Positions 29,722 to 40,492 are shown, counted from the stretch's first letter. The stretch: DNA of 64,000 nt from Bacteroidota bacterium (GCA_947507965.1 CANNQU010000008.1:8459-72458); one strand, 5' to 3'. Notes: generated by a model not told the origin, from the sequence alone. Numbers and translations: made by a program.

Positions 29722-30738
29722 TTAAAATTGCCTTAAAAATCGGGTGTCGTTCTCAAAAAATGTTCTTAGGTCGTTCACTCCATTTAAAAGCATGGATTGT
29801 CTTTCTATTCCCATACCAAAAGCAAAACCACTGTATCGCTCCGGGTCTATTCCACAATTTTTTAGAACATTCGGATGAACCATACCACAACCTAATATTT
29901 CAAGCCATCCCGTGTGTTTGCACACATTACACCCTTTTCCTCTACAGATAGTACAATTGATATCCATCTCGGCCGACGGTTCTGTAAATGGAAAATAGCT
30001 TGGTCGAAAACGTACTTCTATATCATCGCCATACATTTCCTTTACAAAGTAGAAAAGTGTCTGTTTTAGATCAGCAAAGCTTACCTTTTCGTCTATATAT
30101 AATCCTTCAATTTGATGAAAAAAACAGTTTGCTCTAGCGCTTACCGCTTCGTTTCTATAAACCCTTCCTGGCGCTAATATTCTAATCGGTGGTTGCTGGC
30201 TTTGCATGGTGCGTATTTGAACGCTACTGGTATGTGTTCGTAAAGCCAATTGGTCTTCCATATTAATAAAAAAGGTATCCTGCATATCTCTAGCCGGGTG
30301 ATTATCCGGAAAATTTAATGCCGAAAAATTATGCCAGTCATCTTCTATCTCTGGTCCTTCTTCAATGATAAATCCAATTTTTGAAAATATTTCTATGATC
30401 TTATTTTTAATTATTGCTATGGGGTGTCTGCTTCCTTTGTTTGCATAAAATGGGGGAAGCGTGAGGTCTTGTGAATTCTTTTTATCTTGTGGTTTATGAT
30501 TAAATACTTCGTGCTGACTTTTATACTTTTCTTCTATTGCCTTCTTTACCTCATTTAATAATCTTCCTGTTTCTTTTCTATCTTCGGGCGCGATGTCTTT
30601 AATTATATTAAATAATTCCATCATCTCGCTTTTTTTAACGAGAAATTTAATCCTATAATTTTCTAAATCTTCTCTGGTCAGTAAAGCAAATTTTTCTGCA
30701 TCCTCTTTGATTTTACGAACCCTTTCTTTAAAACTCAT
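29722..30738 (-). CDS. pheS: Phenylalanine--tRNA ligase alpha subunit
   Basis: HPARDMQDTFF, FRPSYFPFTEPSAE and GFAFGMGIER class II motifs. Confidence 0.95.
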   Translation of the reverse strand: MSFKERVRKIKEDAEKFALLTREDLENYRIKFLVKKSEMMELFNIIKDIAPEDRKETGRLLNEVKKAIEEKYKSQHEVFNHKPQDKKNSQDLTLPPFYANKGSRHPIAIIKNKIIEIFSKIGFIIEEGPEIEDDWHNFSALNFPDNHPARDMQDTFFINMEDQLALRTHTSSVQIRTMQSQQPPIRILAPGRVYRNEAVSARANCFFHQIEGLYIDEKVSFADLKQTLFYFVKEMYGDDIEVRFRPSYFPFTEPSAEMDINCTICRGKGCNVCKHTGWLEILGCGMVHPNVLKNCGIDPERYSGFAFGMGIERQSMLLNGVNDLRTFFENDTRFLRQF

Positions 30739-31135
30739 TACTCTATTATTTATTATTTAATTTATTTTCAAATGTACAGTTTTAATGCTTTTACTTTATA
30801 CACACCCTTGTATTAATATTAAACTTTAAAAAATTTATTTATATTTATTTATAGGTGTGAATGAAGTGTATTCTTTTATCTAATTTTATTTGTTTATCTT
30901 ATTATAAGCAATTTATGAACATAAATTAATTAATATATATCCTATAAATAAAGGGTTACACGTTGTTTTTAACAATATTTTTTAACGGTGTATAACCTTA
31001 TTTGTGTTTATTTTATTTCTGTTTTTTTGTGTATAAGAGCAGGTATAATCAGGTATAACTCAAGGTTAATCAACAATTCATTTTTTAAATTAATTATCAA
31101 CAAAATAAAGGGGTTTTATACACTGGTTTATACAC
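30739..31135. other. AT-rich spacer with clustered DnaA-box-like 9-mers (candidate oriC or DnaA-regulated region)
   Basis: Five exact copies of TTATACAC, forward at 30796, 31116 and 31128 and reverse at 30987 and 31028. Two of them match TTWTNCACA perfectly. Long A/T runs are present and no credible ORF. Confidence 0.35.
30769..30776 (-). promoter_or_regulatory. Candidate -7 box for pheS (TACATTTG on the minus strand)
   Basis: CAAATGTA on the plus strand is the reverse complement of TAnnTTTG, 31 nt upstream of the pheS ATG. Confidence 0.4.
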
Positions 31136-32743
31136 CTATTTTAGAGGTAATAATCGTATTAATTCTTCAATATCAAAGCCCGTTTTTAAATCAATTTCTT
31201 TGTAATAAACTATCTTTTCTGGTTGTATATGGTGAAAATAATCGCCTAAAATAAATCGTTCAAATTTTCTTGGATTTTTAAATACTATAATTTTATATTT
31301 TCCAGGAAATAAATTTTGAAAACGATAGGTGCTATTAGATTCTAAAGAAACGGTGTTACAAAAACCCGGATCCATAACAAGTCGTAGTTGATAATTAGTG
31401 TCCCTTAACGTATCTGTTTTTAAGGTGATTGATTGTAGGTCGTCTTTATTTAAAACCGATATCTTTATTTGGAAACTATCATTATTCACACCAAAAATAT
31501 CGGTTATTGCGCCTTTTGAAAACACAAGCCGATATTGCCCTTTTTTTATGTGGTTAATAATAACACCCAGGAAATCGTGAAAGTCTAATGAAAACGCTTT
31601 TATTTCTGAGGTATCGTCATAAAGCCTAATTTTTTTTAGATCAACCGTATTGGTATCGAGCGCTCGATAGAACATTATTGAAAGTGAAGAATCTTCTAGG
31701 TGAGTATAATAATATTGAAGTGGCTCAAACGTGGGTTTAGTGGCAACCTTCACCACTGTTTTATATAGGGTATCATCGATTGAATAATTAAAATGTGCCG
31801 AGTCTTTTGGGTGCAAATCCGTTATGAGATAGGTTTTATAGGTTTCCGACCAGCATTCATCACCGATAGTGTAATTAGAATATCTTTCTTTTTTGTCTGT
31901 GCTTGGGTCTTCCTGGTTAATCCAGATGCGACGAAAATCACCTTTTTCGTCATAATTTCCCCTGTCGAATTCAAAAGCATAAATACCTTTACTCGTTGAC
32001 GTTGCCGCAATTAGATGATGGTTTGGTACGCGTTGATTAAATTGTCGAATAAGTAGCCGTTTAGGAATTGAATCCACCATGATAGGTTCATCCAAATAGC
32101 CGATCTCCTCCCCTGCTTCCCAGCGGTTATTATTATTCTTGTCGGCAATAACGACTATTTTGTATGTAGCGGGTTTTATGTGTTCAATAATGAAATTGCC
32201 GTTATTATCGGTCTGGGTAATATAGTTGGGACGGTTGTTTATAATGACACTGTCGTTCAGGATCGTATAAAGGCAAACGGTGCTGTTTTTGCTAGGCTCT
32301 AAGGTAGTTGATGAAACAACAGAACCAAAAACCTTTGAAGAGTCTAACGCGTTTCCTGTACTAAAAAGGTATTTGACACTTTTTAGTGTGTTTCCTTCGG
32401 TAATATCTAAAATTGCATTATCGGCAATGATGGTGTAGGTGGTATTGGGTTGTAGGTTTTTAAGTTTTAGAAGTAATTTATTTTGCTGCGACTCAACACT
32501 AAAATCATTTGGCAATGGGGGTGATATGGTAATGTTTTTTTGTGGTTCATTTAATCCTATGTTCTCCGAAAAAGCCAGCGTTATTTTTTCGCTTTTAAAG
32601 TTTAAGGTGCTGTCTTTAGGGCTACAAGCGATGAGACTTGGAGGGGTTGTGTCTTTTGGGCCACCTGTTGGGGCCACGATATTTGCGCATGAAGTGAGCA
32701 GGAGTACGCCAATAATCGTGAGGAGTTTATTTTTTAAAGACAT
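31136..32743 (-). CDS. Ig-like (SbsA/Big_5-type) domain lipoprotein
   Basis: Lipobox LLTSCA followed by PTGGPKDTTPPSLIACSPKDSTLNF..., a common Bacteroidota lipoprotein N-terminus. Confidence 0.7.
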   Translation of the reverse strand: MSLKNKLLTIIGVLLLTSCANIVAPTGGPKDTTPPSLIACSPKDSTLNFKSEKITLAFSENIGLNEPQKNITISPPLPNDFSVESQQNKLLLKLKNLQPNTTYTIIADNAILDITEGNTLKSVKYLFSTGNALDSSKVFGSVVSSTTLEPSKNSTVCLYTILNDSVIINNRPNYITQTDNNGNFIIEHIKPATYKIVVIADKNNNNRWEAGEEIGYLDEPIMVDSIPKRLLIRQFNQRVPNHHLIAATSTSKGIYAFEFDRGNYDEKGDFRRIWINQEDPSTDKKERYSNYTIGDECWSETYKTYLITDLHPKDSAHFNYSIDDTLYKTVVKVATKPTFEPLQYYYTHLEDSSLSIMFYRALDTNTVDLKKIRLYDDTSEIKAFSLDFHDFLGVIINHIKKGQYRLVFSKGAITDIFGVNNDSFQIKISVLNKDDLQSITLKTDTLRDTNYQLRLVMDPGFCNTVSLESNSTYRFQNLFPGKYKIIVFKNPRKFERFILGDYFHHIQPEKIVYYKEIDLKTGFDIEELIRLLPLK

Positions 32744-33608
32744 AAATCAAGCTTGAATATTCTTTGTTGTTTCTTGCCAAAAGGTTTGATTTAATACCAT
32801 TGACGACTCCAAGAAACAGGCTTGCGATAAAGCCCCGATTCTTGTTTTCTTCGCTTTTTATACTAACGTAATAGGCGTCGTATTTCATGGGTAGCACACA
32901 TTCTAATTTAAAGCCGTAAGGCTTAAACAGATTTTGAATACTGGTTGTTGTAAAATGCGAAAGATGTCGAGGTACATCATATGCGGCCCAAGCAGGCCCA
33001 TAATGTTTCGCATCTTTTGAGTTGTGGTTTGGAACAGCGATGACGATAATACCGTTTTCTTTTAATCGTGCACTCAGTTGTTGTAGCCGTTCGGCGAGGT
33101 TATGCACGTGTTCGAGCACGTGCCACATCGTTATTGCGTCGAAGGTGTCGTTGGTGGTGTTTAAATAATTTAAATCGTAAACGGTTATTTTCTTCTCTGA
33201 GGCCAACTGTCGTGCTTCTAAGCTTGGCTCAACCCCCGTTGTTTGCCATTGCAGTGATTTACAAAATCCCAAAAAATCGCCAGTTCCGCAACCGATATCT
33301 AATATAGAAACCGGTGTTTTAAAAAACCCCTTGATTAGGTTTGTTTTGTTTACGAATTGTATGTTTCTTATTATTCGGTAAGCCCAAGGAATAAGCCCTT
33401 TCTTATTGGCGTGGTGCGATATGTAGATCTCTGAATTGTAGTATTTAGCAATCTTGTTTTCCTCGGGTCTTGGGTTGGTAAATATAAAGCCGCAAGAGGC
33501 ACATTTTACGATATTAAACTTTTCTTTACTGATGCTGAAATCGGCACATTCTAAAAAGTCATCCAGTTTGGATTTTCCACACAACGGGCATTGTTCTATA
33601 ATTTCCAT
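32727..33608 (-). CDS. Class I SAM-dependent methyltransferase with an N-terminal Cys4 zinc-ribbon
   Basis: CPLCG...CASCG, then ILDIGCGTGDF (motif I). Confidence 0.8.
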   Translation of the reverse strand: MEIIEQCPLCGKSKLDDFLECADFSISKEKFNIVKCASCGFIFTNPRPEENKIAKYYNSEIYISHHANKKGLIPWAYRIIRNIQFVNKTNLIKGFFKTPVSILDIGCGTGDFLGFCKSLQWQTTGVEPSLEARQLASEKKITVYDLNYLNTTNDTFDAITMWHVLEHVHNLAERLQQLSARLKENGIIVIAVPNHNSKDAKHYGPAWAAYDVPRHLSHFTTTSIQNLFKPYGFKLECVLPMKYDAYYVSIKSEENKNRGFIASLFLGVVNGIKSNLLARNNKEYSSLIYVFKK

Positions 33609-33635
33609 TTTTGCAAAAGTAATGTTTCTTTAAGT

Positions 33636-35504
33636 TTATTTTCCTAGGCTTATCATTAAAACTGAAATGTCGGCAGGGCTTACACCCGATATTCTTGAGG
33701 CTTGTCCCAATGTGACGGGTTTAATTTTGCTTAATTTTTCTTTTGCTTCGTGTGAAAGCGATTTTATTTTATGGTAGTCGTATTCTGGTATAATAGCAAT
33801 ATTTTCAAATTTCAACATGCGATCAGCGTGATCTTTTTCTTTTTCAATATAGCTTTCATATTTCATTACTATTTCCGCCTGAATGAGCATGTCGTCGGTG
33901 TAATGAGCAAGAGCGATTTTAATATTTGTGTTTTTTTCAATAAAATGAGCGATACTTAGTTGGGGCCTGGTAATAAGTGTTTTTAATTTAACCTGTTGGC
34001 TTATTGGTGCCGTTTCTAGTGTGTTGAGTATTTGGTTTGCGTCTTCTTTTGTGATGGAGGTTTCATTAAAATAACGAATAATTTCATTGCTACCGATAAT
34101 TTTAGCTTCTACCTTTTTAACTCTCTCGTCGGAAGCGAGACCAATTTTATTACTTATCTGTGTTAAACGAATATCTGCGTTGTCTTGCCGAAGCAGTATT
34201 CTAAACTCGGCTCTAGAGGTAAACATTCGATAGGGTTCGTCGGTTCCCTTGTTAATTAAGTCGTCGATGAGTACGCCGATATATGCTTGATCGCGCGTAA
34301 GTATTAGGGGTTTTTGTTCATTGAGCTTTAGGTGCGCATTTATGCCTGCCATTAAACCCTGACAGGCCGCTTCTTCATAACCGGTTGTTCCGTTTATTTG
34401 CCCGGCAAAGTATAGTCCGGTAATCCGTTTTGTTTCTAACGTAGCAAAGAGTTGGGTAGGAGGGAAATAGTCGTATTCGATGGCGTAGCCCGGACGAAAC
34501 AATTTTACTTCCTTAAAACCGGGTATTTCCTTAAGTGCTTTTACTTGTATGTCTTCTGCCAGTGAGGTTGAAAAACCGTTTACATATATTTCGATGGTGT
34601 CCCATCCTTCGGGTTCAACAAAAATTTGATGGCGATCTCTTTCGGCAAAGCGGTTTATTTTATCTTCAATGCTGGGGCAGTAGCGAGGTCCAACACCTTG
34701 AATTCTGCCAGCGTACATGGGACTATCTTCAAATCCGGTTTTTAGTATATCGTGAACGTTTTGATTGGTATAAGTAACCCAACAGCTTTTCTGATTTTTT
34801 ACAGGTGCTGTTTCATCAAGATAGGAAAACTTACCAGGATTTATATCCCCGGCTTGTTCCTCCATTTTGCTATAATCTAAACTTCTTCCATCCACCCGGG
34901 GAGGTGTTCCTGTTTTCATTCGACCGGCAGTAAATCCGCATGCGACGAGTTTTTCGGTTATTCCAAAGGAGGCGCTTTCTCCAATTCTCCCGCCCCCAAA
35001 ACTTTTTTTCCCGATATGAATTTTACCATTCATAAACGTTCCGGAGGTGAGAATTAGTGCTTTACATTTTATTTCTAGGCCCAATGCCGTTTTTACACCC
35101 CTAACCGAGCCATCCACTATGATAAGGTCATTTACGTTGTCCTGCCAAAAATCAACCATTTGGATGGTCTCTAGTTGATCTCTCCAAAACTTCCCAAATA
35201 GCAAACGGTCGTTCTGACTTCGAGGACTCCACATGGCAGGGCCCTTACTTAGGTTAAGCATTCGAAACTGAATCGTGCTTTTGTCGGAAATGATACCAGA
35301 GTATCCACCAAGAGCATCTATTTCTCGCACAATTTGCCCTTTCGCCACCCCGCCCATGGCCGGATTGCAACTCATTTGTGCGACTTTTGTTAGATCCATT
35401 GTGATAAGCAAAACACTGCTGCCCATATTGGCCGCAGAGGCCGCCGCCTCGCAACCGGCGTGTCCGGCACCTACTACAATGATATCATATTCTTTAAACA
35501 GCAT
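33636..35504 (-). CDS. mnmG: tRNA uridine 5-carboxymethylaminomethyl modification enzyme MnmG (GidA)
   Basis: [27 protein letters not shown], full-length 622 aa. Confidence 0.96.
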   Translation of the reverse strand: MLFKEYDIIVVGAGHAGCEAAASAANMGSSVLLITMDLTKVAQMSCNPAMGGVAKGQIVREIDALGGYSGIISDKSTIQFRMLNLSKGPAMWSPRSQNDRLLFGKFWRDQLETIQMVDFWQDNVNDLIIVDGSVRGVKTALGLEIKCKALILTSGTFMNGKIHIGKKSFGGGRIGESASFGITEKLVACGFTAGRMKTGTPPRVDGRSLDYSKMEEQAGDINPGKFSYLDETAPVKNQKSCWVTYTNQNVHDILKTGFEDSPMYAGRIQGVGPRYCPSIEDKINRFAERDRHQIFVEPEGWDTIEIYVNGFSTSLAEDIQVKALKEIPGFKEVKLFRPGYAIEYDYFPPTQLFATLETKRITGLYFAGQINGTTGYEEAACQGLMAGINAHLKLNEQKPLILTRDQAYIGVLIDDLINKGTDEPYRMFTSRAEFRILLRQDNADIRLTQISNKIGLASDERVKKVEAKIIGSNEIIRYFNETSITKEDANQILNTLETAPISQQVKLKTLITRPQLSIAHFIEKNTNIKIALAHYTDDMLIQAEIVMKYESYIEKEKDHADRMLKFENIAIIPEYDYHKIKSLSHEAKEKLSKIKPVTLGQASRISGVSPADISVLMISLGK

Positions 35505-35510
35505 TTTGAT

Positions 35511-35957
35511 TTATTTATATGTGGTGTTGTATCTTTCCAAATAAAAGTTTTCTTTTTCCTTCATTTCTATCTTTTGTTGAGGGGTTTTGTCGTTGTATCC
35601 ACATAAGTGAAGCAGACCGTGCGCCATTACTCTTCTCATTTCTTCCATGCGTTTCACGTGAAACACCGTAGCGTTTTCATTAACACGGTCAATACTAATA
35701 TAGATGTCGCCCTCTATCACGTCTTTCGAATCGCTTAAATTGAACGTAATGATATCGGTATAATAGTTGTGTTTTAGCACTCGGTTGTTTAGTTCAAGCA
35801 GATATTCATCGGTTACAATATTGTAGTTTAACAACCCAATTTGATAGTTTTCGATATTACCAATAGAGGTTAGCCAACCTTTTATTTGTTTCCAACGTGG
35901 GATATTAATTTTTTGGTTTTGCTTGTTTAAGCAGATTTTGGTTTTTAATTGTTTCAC
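35511..35957 (-). CDS. ybeY: rRNA maturation endoribonuclease YbeY
   Basis: HGLLHLCGYND zinc-binding motif, 148 aa. Confidence 0.9.
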   Translation of the reverse strand: MKQLKTKICLNKQNQKINIPRWKQIKGWLTSIGNIENYQIGLLNYNIVTDEYLLELNNRVLKHNYYTDIITFNLSDSKDVIEGDIYISIDRVNENATVFHVKRMEEMRRVMAHGLLHLCGYNDKTPQQKIEMKEKENFYLERYNTTYK

Positions 35958-35969
35958 GTGGAACTATTT

Positions 35970-37799
35970 TTAACGAATTAAATTAACAATCCCTTTGATA
36001 TTTTGTCCTTTACCTTTGAGCGAGGCAATCGACGAAACATAGATATATTGACCCACCGGAACCGGGGTCCCGCTTGTGTTTGTTCCATTCCATCCCGTTA
36101 GTAAGTCGTTGCACTCATAGATTGTTTCGCCCCAGCGATTGTATATTGTCATCCAAGAATTGGCATAATCAATATATAACCCTCTGGGTTTGAACACCTT
36201 GTTTTTTTCGATGAGAGACAAAGGCATAAAAGCGTTAGGAAAAAAAACAAGAAGCTCACCGGGAACACAAATCTCGTTGGATTTACATGCTGCCCCATTA
36301 ACGCCAAACGCATTTCCTGGTTTTTCATAGGCTACAACATAATAACACACTCCATCATTTAAAATGTCATCAGGAAACTTTACGTCGGTGAACCCGATTG
36401 AATCAGCAACTACTGTTGCAACATTAAAGTACGTATGCCCCGAGGAAGGGTCGCCGGTTCCTTGATAAATTTCATACTTTTCAACGTTGGCATCAAAATT
36501 TAAATAGCTATTCCAGCTGACTCTGTTGGCGGAAGATGTTATTTTTTTTGCGTTCAACAAAATTGAATTGCAAAAAGTACTGGTGTCCTGGGCTTGATTA
36601 CATCCATTAAACACAATGGTCCTAAAAAAGTATTTTGTTTCGTCCGCATTCAAACTGTCGGCAACAAAGCTAAATGTGTTTAAAGAAGGTGATATTATTT
36701 TACGCGTCGTGTAATTTAAACCATCGGTACTTTGTTGAAAATACACAGCACTTATAAAAAAAGGCTGATCGGTAATCCAATCAATGCGGATACTGTTTTT
36801 GTTAATGACGTTTACCTGTGAAATATAATTTAGGTGAGCAAGTGAAACAAATTTTATTACCAAATAAGTTTTGTTGCTTGTAGAGCTAATGCTTGGATCG
36901 GAAGCATGAAACGCTCGAACAACAAAACAAACATTATCGCCATCATGAAATAGCGTATCTGAAAAATTGTAGCTAAGCACTCCGGCAACGGTTAGAAAAT
37001 CTTGAATTTTAAAAAAAGGATTTCCGTTAATGCTGGCTAGAATCTGGTATTTTAAAATTGGAAATCCAATATAATCACTCCAATTTAAACTAAAGCGGTG
37101 GCTGCAACTATCAAAACTTACCGAAAGTTTAATCGGGGTGTGTTTGTCGATAATAGCTGTTATGTTATTGCAACTATCGTATGCGGCAATAGCGTAGGTT
37201 TTTACTGTAGTGGTAGGGGAGGAGCTGATATCTGAAAAGAAAACCGTGCTATAGTCCACGTCGGCCAGAATGATATTGTTAGCCCCGTTGATGGTATATA
37301 TTTTATACCCCGCCAAATCGTTGCTTGTGTTAACTTTCCAACCAATAATATATTTTCCGGTGACAGGATCGACACTAACACTGTCGATATATTGGCTGTT
37401 GGTTTGGGTTAGGTCGATAGAAATGGTGTCGCTGCTTATGGTGGGGTTGCCGAAACAATCGTTATGTAAAACGATAAAATATTGCCAGGTATTGGCTAAA
37501 AGAAAAGCGCCCTTATGCGTATATTGTTGTTGTGATAGGGTTTTTACACTATCAATCAAACCGAAGGCAGAAAAAGAGTCTTTTCGACCATAAATATAAT
37601 AGGCCTGAAAACTAGTACACAAATCGTTTGGAACGCGCCACTTTAAAATTATATCGGAGTCGTTAAGGGCCTTACAACCCCTTCTCAGGTTTAGAGGATT
37701 GTTTATTGCAAAGAGATGCTGGGGGATAAAAAACAGCATGACGAAACCAACCAAGATTGTTGGCTGCAAAGCAAATTTTATTTTTAAACGGGTTTTCAA
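35970..37799 (-). CDS. Secreted protein with a T9SS type-B (gliding-motility-associated, CHU_C) C-terminal domain
   Basis: Signal peptide. C-terminus has FFPNAF.P...FKP......W.IYNRWGE.IYE......GWNGT...G.PVPVGQYIY, typical of the type-B sorting domain. Confidence 0.8.
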   Translation of the reverse strand: MKTRLKIKFALQPTILVGFVMLFFIPQHLFAINNPLNLRRGCKALNDSDIILKWRVPNDLCTSFQAYYIYGRKDSFSAFGLIDSVKTLSQQQYTHKGAFLLANTWQYFIVLHNDCFGNPTISSDTISIDLTQTNSQYIDSVSVDPVTGKYIIGWKVNTSNDLAGYKIYTINGANNIILADVDYSTVFFSDISSSPTTTVKTYAIAAYDSCNNITAIIDKHTPIKLSVSFDSCSHRFSLNWSDYIGFPILKYQILASINGNPFFKIQDFLTVAGVLSYNFSDTLFHDGDNVCFVVRAFHASDPSISSTSNKTYLVIKFVSLAHLNYISQVNVINKNSIRIDWITDQPFFISAVYFQQSTDGLNYTTRKIISPSLNTFSFVADSLNADETKYFFRTIVFNGCNQAQDTSTFCNSILLNAKKITSSANRVSWNSYLNFDANVEKYEIYQGTGDPSSGHTYFNVATVVADSIGFTDVKFPDDILNDGVCYYVVAYEKPGNAFGVNGAACKSNEICVPGELLVFFPNAFMPLSLIEKNKVFKPRGLYIDYANSWMTIYNRWGETIYECNDLLTGWNGTNTSGTPVPVGQYIYVSSIASLKGKGQNIKGIVNLIR

Positions 37800-37812
37800 A
37801 AATTAATTTGAT

Positions 37813-39102
37813 TTAAGTTCGTGTGCTCTCTTCACTTCCACAAACCACCACCAGCCAATCTTTAGCTTGCAAATACTTTTTAGCGACGACCAATAAGTCG
37901 GCCGGCGTGACGGTTTTTATTCTCTCAAATCCGGCATAAAGCAGTTCATAAGAATAGTTATTAAGTTCAACCGTTTCGGCATAATGAAGTTGGCTGTATG
38001 GCCCATCCAAGCTTCTCAATACCTGTCCCAGTAAATAATTTCGGGCCACGTTTAATTCGTCAACATCTATTAATTCCTTCGTTAAACGCTCCATCTCAAT
38101 AAATATTTCATTGATTGCGTTGTCTTTTGCACTGTTTTTTACTTCGGTGCCTATACTCCATTGGCTCCCAAAGCTATAGTCGCTAATACCGCTTCCTACA
38201 CCATAGGTGTAACCTTTGTCTTCCCTGAGGTTATCCATTAATCGCGACCCAAAGTAGCCACCTAAAATAAGGTTTAACATTTGGGTGTCGTTATAGTCGG
38301 GGTGGGTTCGAGCTACATGGCTACGAACCACCTTAAGTGCCGCCTGCAACGAATTTGGTTTTTGAACGAACACCCGTGATGCTGTTTCCGATAGTACCAT
38401 CTCTGTTTTTTTCAATGGCAGGCCCGATTTTTCTCCAATAGCAAAGGCACGAGTAAGAACGCTAATGGTATCTTCAAAAAGGTTTCCCGCAACAAAAATA
38501 TGAGCATCTCCAAGCGTATAGTGTTGGTCGAAAAAGGCCTGTATTGTTGCACGGGTAACGAGATTATAATTTTCTATACTGGGTATCATACCCAAAGGAT
38601 GGTTTTCACCCCATACTTGTCGGGATACTTCGTGTTGTGCCAAAACCGAGTTCTTTTCAAGGGAAACTTTCAGATCCTGTATTTCCCGGGCCTTTAAGAG
38701 TTCGAGCTCATCTTCCTTAAAAGCGGGCAAGGTGAGTAATTCGATAAAATACGGCAGCACGCTCGCCAGATGTTTATTAAGCGTATATAAAGTTACCGAA
38801 GCCCATTCGGAACGGACGCTATAATCGGTATAAGCGCCATAAAAGTCCATGGCTTCTGCCAGTGCCATGGCGGTTCTTTTTTGTGTGCTTTCAAAGAGCA
38901 TGTCAATGGTTAATGCAGCAACAGAAGCCTGTTTTTGATATATACGACCTGCGGCAAAAAACACATCGATCTTTAGAAGCGCATCGTCATCGGTATTAAT
39001 GGCGTGTAATATATTTCCATTCGCTAATGGGTATTGGACAGCCAAAGGAATTACAAAGTTTTGAGGCACCACGAAAGGTGGGGGGGTAGCACGGTTGAGC
39101 AT
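37813..39102 (-). CDS. M16-family peptidase-like protein (no HxxEH motif; probably the non-catalytic partner)
   Basis: Pitrilysin-like fold pattern. No HxxEH seen near the N-terminus. Confidence 0.75.
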   Translation of the reverse strand: MLNRATPPPFVVPQNFVIPLAVQYPLANGNILHAINTDDDALLKIDVFFAAGRIYQKQASVAALTIDMLFESTQKRTAMALAEAMDFYGAYTDYSVRSEWASVTLYTLNKHLASVLPYFIELLTLPAFKEDELELLKAREIQDLKVSLEKNSVLAQHEVSRQVWGENHPLGMIPSIENYNLVTRATIQAFFDQHYTLGDAHIFVAGNLFEDTISVLTRAFAIGEKSGLPLKKTEMVLSETASRVFVQKPNSLQAALKVVRSHVARTHPDYNDTQMLNLILGGYFGSRLMDNLREDKGYTYGVGSGISDYSFGSQWSIGTEVKNSAKDNAINEIFIEMERLTKELIDVDELNVARNYLLGQVLRSLDGPYSQLHYAETVELNNYSYELLYAGFERIKTVTPADLLVVAKKYLQAKDWLVVVCGSEESTRT

Positions 39103-39253
39103 GACGGCGAAGTTACGATATAGTAAGGAATTTTAACGAACCCACCCGAATCTAGAGGGGCTGAATGTATAAGATGATGAAACCGTTTCTTCGGCCGTCA
39201 ATACGACGATTAAAAACGGGTAAAGTTATAATTAGCGTATTAAGATTAATGGG

Positions 39254-40492
39254 TTAAAGAGCCATTTCATAATACATTGTATTGCTTCTTTCTTTAGTTA
39301 AGAATAGGGTTGCAAATGTCTGTATCTGCTCGCGGGTAACCAAATTAAAATGTTGCAGTTCTTCATTCACCTGGTTGGCATTACCCTGCACTTCGGCAAA
39401 GGCCAGTGCAATGGTACGTTCCAACAAATTCATCATTTCGTAAATATGGCTAGTCTCTGTTTTGTTTTTTACTTTGGTGAGTTCTTCTGCTTTACACCCT
39501 TCCTTTTTTAGTTTTTCAATCTCTGTCCATACGGCCGCCTCTGCGGTTGCTAAGCTAACACCGGCCATGGTTTTGCCACTGAAAATAATCAATCCTTCGT
39601 CGAAGCTACCCGTATGATAGCAACTAAAATTACTAAAATATTGTTTTTCTTTTACTAGTGCATAATATAAACGAGACGATTCGCCAAGGCCGAAGATATT
39701 GGTCAGAAGATCCATTGTATAATAAGACTCATGGTTGCGTTTCACACCATGAAAGGCAAGATAGAAGGCGTCGGCGGGCACTTTGCTTGTCGTCCGCAGG
39801 GTTCGTGCGGCTTGTTGTAAGGGCTCTTGAGGGAGGGCGCGCAGGGGTATTTTTTGCGATGCAATGGGTGCAAACCACTTCTCACACAACTCTTTCGTGC
39901 GATCGAAGGATATGTTTCCACTTACAACGAGTACGGCATTATTAGGAGCGTAATATTTTTTGAAAAAGGCTTTAACATCTTTAAGAGACGCATTTTCTAT
40001 ATGGCTTAACGCTTTACCAATGGTGTCCCATTGATACGGGTGTTGGGTATAAGCCAGAGGGCGAAGTTTTAGCCATACATCGCCATAGGGTTGATTCAGA
40101 TAGCGTTGTTTAAACTCCTCACTAACCACATTTCGTTGCACATCAAGGCTTTTTTTACTGAAGGCCAAGGATAGCATTCGGTCGCTTTCCAGCCAGAAAG
40201 CGGTTTCAATATTGTCGGCAGGCAGTTGGATATAATAATTGGTGACATCGTTGTTGGTGAAGGCGTTATTTTCGCCACCAACCAACTGTAAAGGCTCGTC
40301 GTAGTCTTCAATATTAACGCTACCTCCAAACATTAAATGCTCAAACAGGTGCGCAAAGCCGGTTTTCTCGGGGTCTTCATCACGACTACCCACATCATAT
40401 AAAACATTAAGCACAGCAAGCGGGGTGCTACCATCGAAATGATGAATTACCTTTAACCCATTATCCAAAACAAACCTGGAGAAATTAATCAT
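39254..40492 (-). CDS. M16-family zinc peptidase (pitrilysin-like)
   Basis: HLFEHLMFGGS (HxxEH). Start placed at MINFSRF (40492). Confidence 0.85.
   Translation of the reverse strand: MINFSRFVLDNGLKVIHHFDGSTPLAVLNVLYDVGSRDEDPEKTGFAHLFEHLMFGGSVNIEDYDEPLQLVGGENNAFTNNDVTNYYIQLPADNIETAFWLESDRMLSLAFSKKSLDVQRNVVSEEFKQRYLNQPYGDVWLKLRPLAYTQHPYQWDTIGKALSHIENASLKDVKAFFKKYYAPNNAVLVVSGNISFDRTKELCEKWFAPIASQKIPLRALPQEPLQQAARTLRTTSKVPADAFYLAFHGVKRNHESYYTMDLLTNIFGLGESSRLYYALVKEKQYFSNFSCYHTGSFDEGLIIFSGKTMAGVSLATAEAAVWTEIEKLKKEGCKAEELTKVKNKTETSHIYEMMNLLERTIALAFAEVQGNANQVNEELQHFNLVTREQIQTFATLFLTKERSNTMYYEMAL

Noticed and set aside
30739-31135. Calling the DnaA-box cluster a confirmed oriC feature
   Set aside because: No dnaA/dnaN is nearby, gene orientation does not switch (minus-strand genes on both sides), and GC skew could not be computed here. 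Kept only as a low-confidence candidate.
30988-31254. 88-aa plus-strand ORF in the AT-rich spacer
   Set aside because: Low-complexity, AT-driven sequence that runs into the 3' end of the opposite-strand lipoprotein gene. The region is better explained as non-coding (DnaA-box cluster).
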